From the NCBI GenBank assembly GCA_010015585.1, contig ML975156.1: a stretch of DNA of 64,000 nt. One strand, given 5' to 3'. A program made the translations under genes and the position numbers. Below the pieces are notes generated by a model that was not told where the DNA came from, did not search any database, and saw only the letters and a program-made list of their open reading frames with translations. Source of the stretch: Eremomyces bilateralis CBS 781.70. Its lineage: Eukaryota. Shown in pieces: positions 40,812-51,262 of the stretch. The first letter of the stretch is position 1. Every line of letters starts with the position of its first letter.

Positions 40812-42475
40812 TTAATTAGGAAGTAGGCTAGGATCTACGTTTTCTGGTATAGCTAATTGAGGCATTGTACAGGTCTCAACGCGATGTCCTGGCTCGCGAC
40901 AGCGTCCGCAACGTCGCTGGCGCCTTGCGGGAACGTCATTAGAAGTACCATTTTCACTGATTATATCTTGATCCCGACGTTGTACAGCTAATTCAAGCCC
41001 ATCAGTAATTGAGCGCGTATTAGCGCCCTTAAGCACCTTTTTTTTGCGTTGTTTGCGCTTTGATAGCGTCTCGTTTGCCTTCCGAAGCTTTCCTATCTCG
41101 ACCTCCATGATTGAAGCTCCGTGCGCGACCATTTGAACACCCTTTTCAAGGCTTGAAAAGCTTTCTAAAAGCGGTGTTGGGGAGGTATTTTGATCTCTTT
41201 GAAGGCGCTGTCGTATGTACTCTGTTTGGGACCTTATTTCAGCGACGTTGCGTGGTGTTTGCGACTCCCATTGAGTGATCTCTGGTAATGGCGTCGGGTC
41301 TGTAATCGGACATCAAGCTTTGAAATAACAGCTTCTGGATCGAAAGGCACTAATCCTGCGCCTTTGAAGGCGCCCTGGATATTCTCCGTAGCAATTGCTT
41401 TTTCGAAGGCGGTCTTGAAAGCAGGTAAAAAGTCCTCTTTCGTGATGTGGTTGATGCGGCACCGGATAAAGTCCTCAATCTCCTTGCTATACGCGCGCTT
41501 TAATGGCCCAAAACAGCCAACGTCGAGGGGTTGTAGCAAATGAGATGAATGCGAAGGCATGCAGAGAGTAATAATCTTCTGGTCCTTGCAGAAATCCTGG
41601 AATTGGATAGTGTCATGGCTGTTATGGCCATCCATAATCAGAAGCCGATAGGCGCCAGTCGTACGGTCTTCTGTGAAGCGATTAAAATGCTTTAACCACT
41701 CAAATCCATGCTCAAGGGACGTCCAGCCCTTCTCGCTAACTGATAGAACCCAATCAGGCCTATCCGCAATCGCCTCGTACCAGGTATTGTAATGTCGAGC
41801 GCTTTTGAAGATGATGAAGGGTGGGACAATCCAACCTTGCGCGCTGGCAGCAATGATCGATGTCACCCATTCTGTATTGCCTGGCTGCAAGGTTTTTGGA
41901 GTCTGACGTCGTTCGGTACCCGTGATGACCATGCGCGTCCCGATTACGCCCATTTGAAAGCCAACTTCATCAAAGTTGTATGTATCTTCATCCAGGATAC
42001 CGTATTTTGCCTTCACGTTGCGTACGAGGCGAAACCACGCGCCAATAATCTCTGGATCTTCGTTCAGGGCTCTTTTATAGTCGTACTTTCGATTAACACG
42101 TGTTTTGAGCTCTGGAACGCGTTGTACGAATCTTGAAGGCCAATTGATACCAACGTGAGCCTGACCGCGATCGCTGAGTAGCTTGTTGGCTATATCTCGC
42201 AACATATCGTAATTGAGCTGAAATCCGCGCGCGTCGACATCGAGGCAGTAGTCGATAATCACCCTTTCTTCCATATTTGAGAGCTTTTTCGAATTCGGGA
42301 CACAATCGCTTCGTGCAGTCATTCCGTTGCGGCGGTCACGTAAGGTACTCCACGGGACGTTGTAAGCTTTTGCAGCTTCTCGAATTGATTGAACTTGGTC
42401 TTGTTCGATAGTCTGGATGGCTAGGTTCATTCTAGCTTCATTTGAAGGTAATTGAGGGCTCTGTTGTTGAGACAT
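40812..42475 (-). pseudogene. DDE-1 (DD35D) transposase with one frameshift, or a sequencing error
   Basis: HTH-psq and CENP-B HTH at the N-terminus; NFDEVGF, IMDGHNSH and LQPLDVGCF with 35-residue D-D spacing; C-terminal CxxC..H..C knuckle in ORF 40812-41132. One extra G at 41296-41298 restores LQTPTPLPE..WESQTP and a 554-aa ORF. Confidence 0.88.
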
Positions 42476-42513
42476 TGCGAAAAAATCGTGATGATCGCTG
42501 TTACGGAGATGAA

Positions 42514-42556
42514 GTGGGCGACTCGGTGGTTTGGGCGACTCGCTGGTGGATTACGT
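42514..42556 (-). repeat. Right TIR
   Basis: Exact reverse complement of 40712-40754. Confidence 0.95.
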
Positions 42557-42721
42557 TAACTTAGTCAGTTAGCCATTAATTAAGCCTTAGAACGTGAATT
42601 GAGTGAATGGAGTGAATTGATCATGAATTCATGATATGTACATCTATCTTCTTGAGCCTACTCCTTAAGTCTACTCCTTGAACCCCGGTGCTGCCCTTCT
42701 AGTAATAGCGTCTCCGGTACC

Positions 42722-45700
42722 CTACATGTACAGCGACGCAACCGCGCACACATCCCTCTTGATCATCTCCTGACAAGTCTGCATCTTGGTGAACAGCGTC
42801 GGGTCTCCAACGAGTCGCGCCGCATTCTTCACTTCGCGACACGTCTCGTCGAGCCGCGTGATGACGCGGACAATCGTTCCTTCCATCACATCCGTCAAAT
42901 CCGTGATCCGGTTGAACGACATTCCTCGAGCCCATTCATACACCACCTCGACCATGCCGAATCGAGGCTTGCTCACGAAATCGTTCGAGTCGTCCGATGA
43001 GAGGATGACCTGGTACGTCTCCTGAACACGATTGACTTTGTTGGAGATCTCGATGATCTTGTTCTTCCCCTTTTCCAACCGAGGCGTCAGTGTGGGCTCC
43101 GAATCCGTCTTTTCTTCGAAGACGAATGCCGAGAGAAGAGCCACGATCTCCTCAGGTTCATAGTCGGCAAGTGCGTTTTCCAATATCAATTCTGTGAGAA
43201 CCAGCTCGTCTGCCGAATGTACTTCGCAAGCAACCTTCCCTTTCAACTCGACGCGGGAGTTCTCGTCGATGAAGCCAAGCTCCTTCAGGACCTGGATGCG
43301 TTGCTCATAGTCGGGAAGAAGCTGAAGGTTTTGATCCGACATGAGCTGTCGCAATTGGTTGATGTTCTCCTTGATCAGCCATTCATCATGTTGCATGGCA
43401 AAGTGCTGCACAAATTTGGGACATCGAAAACATTGGGTCTCCTGTGCGAGCTTCGACGCTTCGGCTCGCTTTTCACGGACGTTGTTAAATTCAAGATTCT
43501 TCACTCTGGTCCAATCGAGCTCATCCCAGTCCTTGTAAGTCCAAGACTGGAAAATCGGGAAGAGTTCGACTTCAAGAAGCGCACTCTGGAGTTTCCTGTC
43601 GTGGAGCGCCTTCAATACCGGCTGATCCCCCCCGATAATAGTCCTAGTGAGGCATTCCAGGTCCGATACAGGCACCAAAGTGACCCGGAACTTCATCTCC
43701 TGTTGCGTAGTCGGAAGCTGGTCGAAGAACTTGGCAAACTCGCCCAGGCATGGGAGAACGTCACTTGTGCTGCGGGATTTCTTCGAGGTGAATTCAAGGA
43801 TGGGGACGGTTGGGACGGCCGCTTTCGTCATGGTGGCGTTGGCCCCATCCCTCGTGAGTACGCCCACAGAGCGAACACCATCCTACGTGAAGTCAGCGTA
43901 GTCGCGTCTAAATTCAACGGCGCACATACTCGGCGAAAGATGACCAGCCTTTTTGCCGTGAACATGCGCTTGCTCACAGGAGACCCCAATGCCGTCAGGT
44001 GCATTTCGGCGTTTAGTTTCTCGAACATCATGGAGGCTTCATGGCATTGCGCGAGATCGATATCGCATATATCGCAAGGCTCTCTCTTGATTTTCGCAAG
44101 ATCGGCTTCGGATAATTTCACCTGTTTCTCATGCTCCGGTAATAGGGCTTGAGTAGCGTTCTCGCTGAAGCTGCGTTTGATCATCTCCTCAATTTTCAGA
44201 GCTTCAACCCTGAGGAGGTTGAGAATCATCGTGTATGTTAGCCTGAATTGCGACTTGAGTTTGGTCGCGTCTCCCAAAATCATCTGTCGAAGCCGTGTTG
44301 ATGGTGGAGCGTCATCCGCTCCGGGTAGAACAAATATCACCGTGCCTACACTGTCGATACCGCGACGTCCAGCACGGCCGGACATTTGGGTTACCTCTCC
44401 TGGAAGTAGATCACGGAATGATCTACCATCATGCTTCCGATATCCGGAGAATGCTACGGTTCGAGTTGGGAGGTTTAGACCCATAGCGAATGTCTCCGTC
44501 GCAAAGAGAACCTTGACTAGTCCTCGAGCGAAGAGGATCTCAACCATCTCTTTGACAATCGGAAGCATACCGCCATGGTGCACAGCGATGCCACGACCTA
44601 GCAATTCGCGTAAGCGACGGATCTGTGGCAACCCACGATCCTCGGGCTTGAGTCGGGCTACGGAACGCTCAATGATCATGTGAACCGCGCTCTTCTCCAC
44701 CGCCGAACAGAAATCGAGGCTGGAGAGGGCATCCGCATTCTCTTCGCACCGTTTCTTCGAAAACACGAAGATGCATGCGGGCAGAAGATTTTCTTTCCGA
44801 AGATATTGGACCAGGTGCACCCAGATTGTTCGGTCTTGGGCTGCCGTCGTTCTCCCGCCTCCGCGACCCGTTCGAGCGATATTCCCATGGCCTCGATGAG
44901 ATGGTTGACCTCGTCCAGCGGGGGGTCCTCTCTGACCGCCACCTCGTTGTGGACCTCCGCGTTGTGGACCGCCTCTTTGATTGCCTCGTGCCCTTCCACG
45001 ATCTTGACCTCGGTTCGAGCCACGCTGATTGATTGAACCCCGGGGGGGTCCGGCTTGATCAGGAACAGGTGCCTTGACCTTGTCCGCCCCAGTCAAAATG
45101 TCATTTGCTTCCTTCCAACCCTTGTCTAGGAATTGTTTGTCCTCGTTGACGATTTTGTGCATCGACTTCTTTGCCCAAAGGTAATATTCCAACGGCACCG
45201 GTCGTTTTGGCGTGGAAATGACATAGATATCCTTCTTCTTGGTTCGGCCTACCCATGATGCGAATTCGTACGTGTTGGGAACCGTTGCCGACAACAGGAT
45301 AAGTGTGACATGTTCGGGAAGCATGATGATGACCTCCTCCCAAACGACACCACGCTCCAGATCATTCACGTAATGAACCTCATCAAAAATGACGAACTCC
45401 ACATCCCGTATTAGATCGGCACCCCTGTACAGCATGCTGCGTAAAATCTCCGTGGTCATTATCAGGCAGCTTGCTTCTGGCCGGATTTGGACATCCCCTG
45501 TCAGAATCCCCACATCGTCAAAAGTGTTTCGGAAATCGCGGAATTTTTGGTTGCTGAGGGCTTTGATTGGGGAGGTGTAGATTGCCTTGGTCATATGCTT
45601 CGCGGCCAACGCAATCGCATACTCGGCAACCACGGTTTTGCCAGCCGATGTATGGGCTGCAACGAAAACGGAATCCCCATTTTCCAGATGATAAACTGCC

Positions 45701-46674
45701 TCTTTTTGGAAGGTATCGAGTTCAAAGGGCCATTCTCTTGCCATGTCCGGCACGAGTTCCTTGAAGTTCGAGATCTCCCGATTGATATCGACCATGTGCG
45801 CCCATTCCTTGCCACCTTTCTGTAACGACGAGAAGGCGAGTTGGCTCCTTGGTGCCAATGCGGGGAATTCGACAGGGAGTAGGGCATCAATTTCGTCCTC
45901 TTCAGCATATTCCTCCGATTGCATCGAATCTTCCCTTTGGACATCGGCTGTGACGCCGGCAAGAATTTGACCGGGTGCGTTGGCGTCCATAGGTTCTGGA
46001 TCCTCGGCCAACGCTGCCTGCACTTCATCTGCCGTGGCCCTTTCGACTTGATCCTGATCGATACGAGCGAAGGACAACCCTCGTGAGAATCCTGGAGGAA
46101 CCTCCAACAACGCCCCTTGCGCACCAACTTGGATCACTCGATCCAAGCCTAACTTTCCCGAAGCTCTCTCGGTCAGCTCATGCTGTAGTGCATTGTCTTC
46201 GGCTGCAGCGACGGCCTCCACGCCATCTAGTCCGCCAGGAGCGAAGGGAAAGAACCCTGCCGCACCTCGGACAAATTCAGCACGGTTGGCAGGTTTCCGT
46301 AGAATCGATGTTGAGTTCTTAGCCGTTGCACTGCTTGCTGGAACGGTGAGTTCTTTATAGCCTGTCACGCGTCCTTCAAGCCCTTCCCGTGTGAATCGTA
46401 TGATAGTTCGGGTTTGTGTCGGGGTGATGTCGAGGAGATCTGCATAATCGGTAGGGGGTTGCCAGCGGTGTTGGAGACGGTTGAGCCATTCATCATTGAA
46501 CCATGGGGAAGGTGATAGAAATTCCTCTTCCAATTCCTTTTTGATGTCCTCAGCCGAACGCTTCGCCCGCTTGTACGGCCGTGGAGATTCCAAGATATCA
46601 TCGACGGTCCAATCCCTGGAGCTACCCTCGGCTGTCACAGTGAGCTCCTCGAGTGCTCGTTGAAGGGTCTCCAT
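42722..46674 (-). CDS. ski2: Ski2 DExH RNA helicase (exosome cofactor), 2 exons
   Basis: AHTSAGKT, DEVH, SAT, FATETFAMGLN, QMSGRAGRRG, RG-rich insert and C-terminal DSHCT domain ending ASLYM. Intron 43929-43883. Confidence 0.97.
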
Positions 46675-47440
46675 AGGCGTTGGTAGGCAGGCTCTAGCTT
46701 GTATTAGCAGAGTTGTCTTCCAAACTTTCGCACGGCTTGTATATCAAATAAGGTACATAAAGGAATGGCCTGTAAGAGCTGGGGCACACTGCCCACAAAC
46801 ACGATTTGATGAGGGGAAAGAATTAATTACTGACATTTGCAAAGCTAGAGATCCATCTATAGGGGGAAATTTTGACCTCTCTAAATGTACCGGCAGCGAG
46901 GTTTTGGTCGGGAAAGACTTGAGTGTCGTGGTGTTGAACAAGTTCAAGGAATGGACGGCAAGCAAGTCACAAGCGCAACGGTCAACAAATCGCGGGGTGA
47001 CTTCACTGTCACTTCACCACTTCCGCTGCTGTTTTAAGTGTCAAAGGGATCCGTGGCACAACATAAATATGGATGGAGTGAATTAGATTGACATTAATTC
47101 GTTACACGTTTAACATCGCTTGATGCCTTTGATACCAATGATTCGGCTGTATTTCTTCTTCAATCTATCGATTAATCTTCATGCCGCTGATCCATCTCCC
47201 AGGTACCAGGTAAGTACCAAAAGTACTATGTCGTGCCGCACGACCGTCTTCCATTCCTACCGTGGACTTGGGAGGTGTTCCGTCCTTGAGGTTCGTTGAA
47301 TGGTTGAGCACGTCTATCCCGAAGGATCTGTTAACATATACTGCCCTTGTTGAGGTCCCCTAGTACCGCTATAAGCAGCAGTCCCGGCTTCCTGTAAATG
47401 ACATTCTTATGCTGTTCCATTTTGCCAATGTGGCACCGGT

Positions 47441-48419
47441 TCAACCGTATAGGTCATCCATATCTGCCATTGCTTCCATCTCTGCCTCGTATTCATCATG
47501 CCCGTTAGAAACGGGCTTATGTATCGCGGTGCTCTGGCTATGACCATGAGTCTGATGCTCTCCAGGACCGGTTGTAGTCTCGGCTAACAAAGCAGCTAAT
47601 TCATCGTCATCCGGTATGTCTGAGTTCGGCGGTTGGTCTGGAGCTCTATGATCGGTGATCCCTGAAGTGGGAAGTTGTTGTCGCTCTAATGGTTCGTTGG
47701 GATTCTGCAAACTACTCGGAGTAGCATGGTTTCCGGATGCGTGGTCTGTCGCGTTCGGCTTCGGTGAAACGGGAGGATCTTCTTGTGCAGATAGATTCCT
47801 AGGAGGAGTCGAGTTCTGCCTCGTCGCGCTTGTGCCGTACCTTTCCTCGTCAATCCACTGCTTGCGCGCGGATTGCACACTCTTGCTATGACCCAGTTTC
47901 TCAACCATAACCAGACCGTCTTCAAATTTGGCTTTCGGGAATAACTCATCGAGCCAAAGCTGATACATATTCAATAGCCGAGCCGTGTCGGAGAACTGTT
48001 GGTGCCATAACAGTCAATGTTGGTCCACGGGTATCCCATTCAAACCACTGACCTCATGCCCTTTGCCCCGAAATTTGAGTTGCTTCTTCGCTATGGATCG
48101 TAATTTTGGAATGCCTTTTGGTCCGGTGAGTCTAGTCGAACATTAGCATTAGTGTTACACCTTCGTTGTGGCATGGGGGGTCCAACAAAGTCGAGTCGAG
48201 TTTAGCAATGGGCTGTCTTCGCTTTCGCTCTCCGATTGGAACTTCTCGATCTATGCCCAGTCCATCATCGCCGTCCGTAGGTCGAGCGGCATTAGGATTC
48301 CGCGCAGAAGCATCTGCTATTGAGGCCTCTTCTCGATCCCCTTCCGGGCCAAAATTGTAACTGAAGAGCCTATCAAGCTCGTTGTCGGACATGTGGTCAT
48401 GGTGGTCCGACGCAGGCAT
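47441..48419 (-). CDS. csm3: Replication fork protection protein Csm3/Swi3 (Tipin), 3 exons
   Basis: Swi3 domain [64 protein letters not shown]. Introns about 48186-48132 (weak GTTGGA donor) and 48052-47996. Confidence 0.9.
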
Positions 48420-48577
48420 GATGAATAGAAATTGGTTGATAAACGAGGGGAGCGTACTCTAACAAGGTTGACCTTATGGTTGGGTCCCCGTTTATTGAAT
48501 CAGCACTGTTGCGGCGTGGTGTTGCGGAGATATCTCCAGTATGGACCTCGTGGGACTCGACTGATGAAGCAACGGAG

Positions 48578-48591
48578 ACGCGTCAACGCGT
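48578..48591. promoter_or_regulatory. Tandem MluI cell-cycle boxes (MCB)
   Basis: ACGCGT-CA-ACGCGT about 160 bp upstream of csm3, in the csm3/hpr1 divergent promoter. Confidence 0.75.
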
Positions 48592-48896
48592 TTAAAGTTG
48601 ATGCCTTAATTTTGGCCTGACTGCCTTGAAAACCTTGATGCCTCACACCGACGCCACATCCAACTCAATCTTCACGATCACGAACCCAGTCCAATCCCCT
48701 ACTCCCTACTGTAGAGGTAACTCTGCCTTTGCCTTACAGTACTCAATTGTTGTCTATCTTAATCTGTATAGACAAGAGGAACCACTATTTCCAAGTCTAG
48801 AATAGTACGATAGCTTCGTTCAAGTACTCCGGTGGGGACTGGCTGCCTCACAAACTCTATGAGAAAGACGAATCGTCACATTACCATTCCCCGAAT

Positions 48897-51262
48897 ATGG
48901 CGGTTCCTGTCCTCTTAACCGTAGACCAAGCGGTCGAAAAAACAGAGCATCTTCTTGATCGCGCCCGCACCATTAAAGGTACCGGTGGCATCGAACCACG
49001 GCTACCATCGTCGGAATTCAAGCGCGCATTTGGCCTGAACCCTAGTGCCACTCAGGATACGAAGAATGCTCAATATGCCGTTATTTCAATTGCTGCCCGG
49101 CGAGTCTTCTACAAGATAATCGTAAGACCCAGTCTTCCTATATTCTACGATAGCAGACTCTTACAATTTGGCAGGCATCAACTCACATCGACAGCCCCAA
49201 GTTTGTCGACATGTGGAATTTACTTGATATCCTGCTGGTCTGTGGTGATGATGGTGAGGCAACCGGAAAGCCATGCTTTGGTCGGCCATAATGCTAACTC
49301 CAGCTTAGAACAATGCGAGACAGGATTGATGTCCACTCTCTTTGAAGAATTGCTTGACAGCCAGAGTATCGACGACTGCCGGGTTATCTTCGGTTACCTA
49401 GAATCAAGGAGGCAGCAACTCATTGCGGTAGGATCAAATCCGTCTTGAATTCTAAGTGTCGCTAATAGATCTAGAAACACTTCGGTCCTAAGCAACAGAA
49501 AAACCTCGTGACCCTTCGATCTTGTAGCGAACTGCTTCGACGACTTTCCAGGGCCGAGGATGCTGTATTCTGCGGTCGTGTGTTCATCTTCCTCTTCCAA
49601 AGTTTTCCTTTGGGAGAACGCGGTTGGGTGAATCAAAGGGGGGATTTTCATGTCGAAAACGTCACGACGTATGAGTCGCAGACGCCCCCGGAAGGTGATA
49701 AGGCAGATCGTAGCGCCGACCAAATCAATCAAAATCAATCTCAAACCCCAGCCTCGGCAGACGTTAATATGGAAGATCAAGAAGACGCACCCCTTCCCAT
49801 TGTCTCTACACCCGGGAAAGATGTCGGCCGTGAGAAAGATTCAAACCACGCGGAAGACACTATCGATGAAGAAACGGGGTTGAACAGGCTTTACCCTGTC
49901 TTTTGGGCCTTGCAAGAAGTGTTCTCGAATCCCCCCCGAGTGGCGGATCAGCCGGAATTTGCCCAATTCAAGAATGGACTGGAGGCGACGATTGAACGGT
50001 TCAAGGCAATGCCGAAGATCAAGCAGGCACGGAATCTCGATGACAAGCGTGGCGTGAAACGGAAACACGGCGAATCCCATACCGAGTTCGCAAGCATTTT
50101 CAATCCCAAGTATCTAACGAGCCAGGATTTGTTCAAGCTTGAGGTAGGCAACCCTTCCGAGCATCGGTTCCGTTACTAACTCGGTAATCCGCGTTACAGC
50201 TGAGCGATCTCGCTTTCCAGAGACATGTTCTCGTGCAAGGCTTGATTTTGATCGAGTTCTTACTCTCACTCACGGAGAAGGCTCGGAAACGGTGGCCTAC
50301 GCTTCCAAATCGGCACTTGCAGTTTGGGATCAATTTAAGTGAAGAAGATGTAAGTGTTTTGTCTAGTGAGAGGATGAAATCACGTAGTTAGTGCATGGAC
50401 TAATGATTGGATGGGACCTTTTTAGACGGAATGGGCCATCGCAATGAAAGCAAGGATCGCGGCCTACCTCCAAGAGGGCCCAGAGGGGAAATTTTACTAC
50501 CGTATGGTCGATACGGTTTTGTCACGGGACAAAAATTGGGTGTTCTGGAAGATGGAGAATTGTCCTCCAATCGTGAAAGATGCCCTGACGGTTGAGCAAT
50601 TCTTTGGTGCCAACACAGGTGCGGAGAAAACCTTCGCCCAGAGGCGTATGCGAGCAGCGCCTATGGGTACGTTGGACCTGAGATTCCTGTCTGATGCAGG
50701 CGGGACGGACGCCACCCAAGGGCTAGGGACATTCGCACGGTGAGTGGCATCCATTTCGTTTCGGGCAAATACCAGGAGCATCATATGGCGCTTGACAACC
50801 CCGCCACTATGTGGGGCGCATCGACTGACCAATATCAGGCAACCCCCACTAAGTGCGGAGAAATACGTCAAAGGTGCACAAGGAGCTGAATTGGATTTGG
50901 AGATGGCAACGGCGGAAGAGGAGAAATCACAGCTGCAGGATACCAAGGCAAGTCAGACGTGGAGAGCGCTTCGTGTGGCGTCAAGGACCAAACTGGGTAC
51001 TTTCAACAATGTCGACGACGATATTGGGAGTCTTTCGAAGCTTCTCGAACCCGATGCGACCGAGGACGGCAAGGAGGAAGACAAGGAGCAGCCAGGTCAA
51101 CAGGAGAATAAGGATGAAGCCAGGGGAGAGGAAGGATATGGGATGACCAAAGCGGGTGAGGGGTCAGCTGCACCGTTAACCGCTCCCATTGACGCTACAA
51201 ACGGTACGGAAGTTTCATCGCCAGGACCCCAGAGACACTCAGTGGAAGAACGGTCCGAATAG
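48897..51262 (+). CDS. hpr1: THO complex subunit Hpr1/THOC1, multi-exon
   Basis: EELLDSQ..CRVIFGYLESRR, LRSCSELLRRLSRAEDAVFCGRVFIFLFQSFPLGE, PKYLTS..LSDLAFQRH, VLSRDKNWVFWK, WRALR. Several GT-AG introns (first donor at 49122; also 50350-50425 and 50740-50838). Confidence 0.92.

Larger units (their letters stand above)
40712..42556 (-). mobile_element. Fot1/pogo-family (Tc1-mariner superfamily) DNA transposon, 1,845 bp
   Basis: 43-bp perfect TIRs ACGTAATCCACCAGCGAGTCGCCCAAACCACCGAGTCGCCCAC at 40712-40754 and 42514-42556; TA target-site duplication at 40710-40711 and 42557-42558; internal transposase. Confidence 0.97.

Noticed and set aside
41290..41310. Programmed -1 ribosomal frameshift in the transposase
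   Set aside because: No slippery heptamer at the junction (TTA CAG ACC CGA); a simple indel explains it.
43217..44152. 311-aa plus-strand ORF, and similar antisense ORFs over eIF4G, the NRPS, nmd5 and def1 (e.g. 61950-62810)
   Set aside because: Shadow ORFs opposite well-supported genes, with no recognisable motifs.
44850..45030. QRGGP/RG repeats in Ski2
   Set aside because: Corresponds to the known RG-rich insertion of Ski2 proteins.
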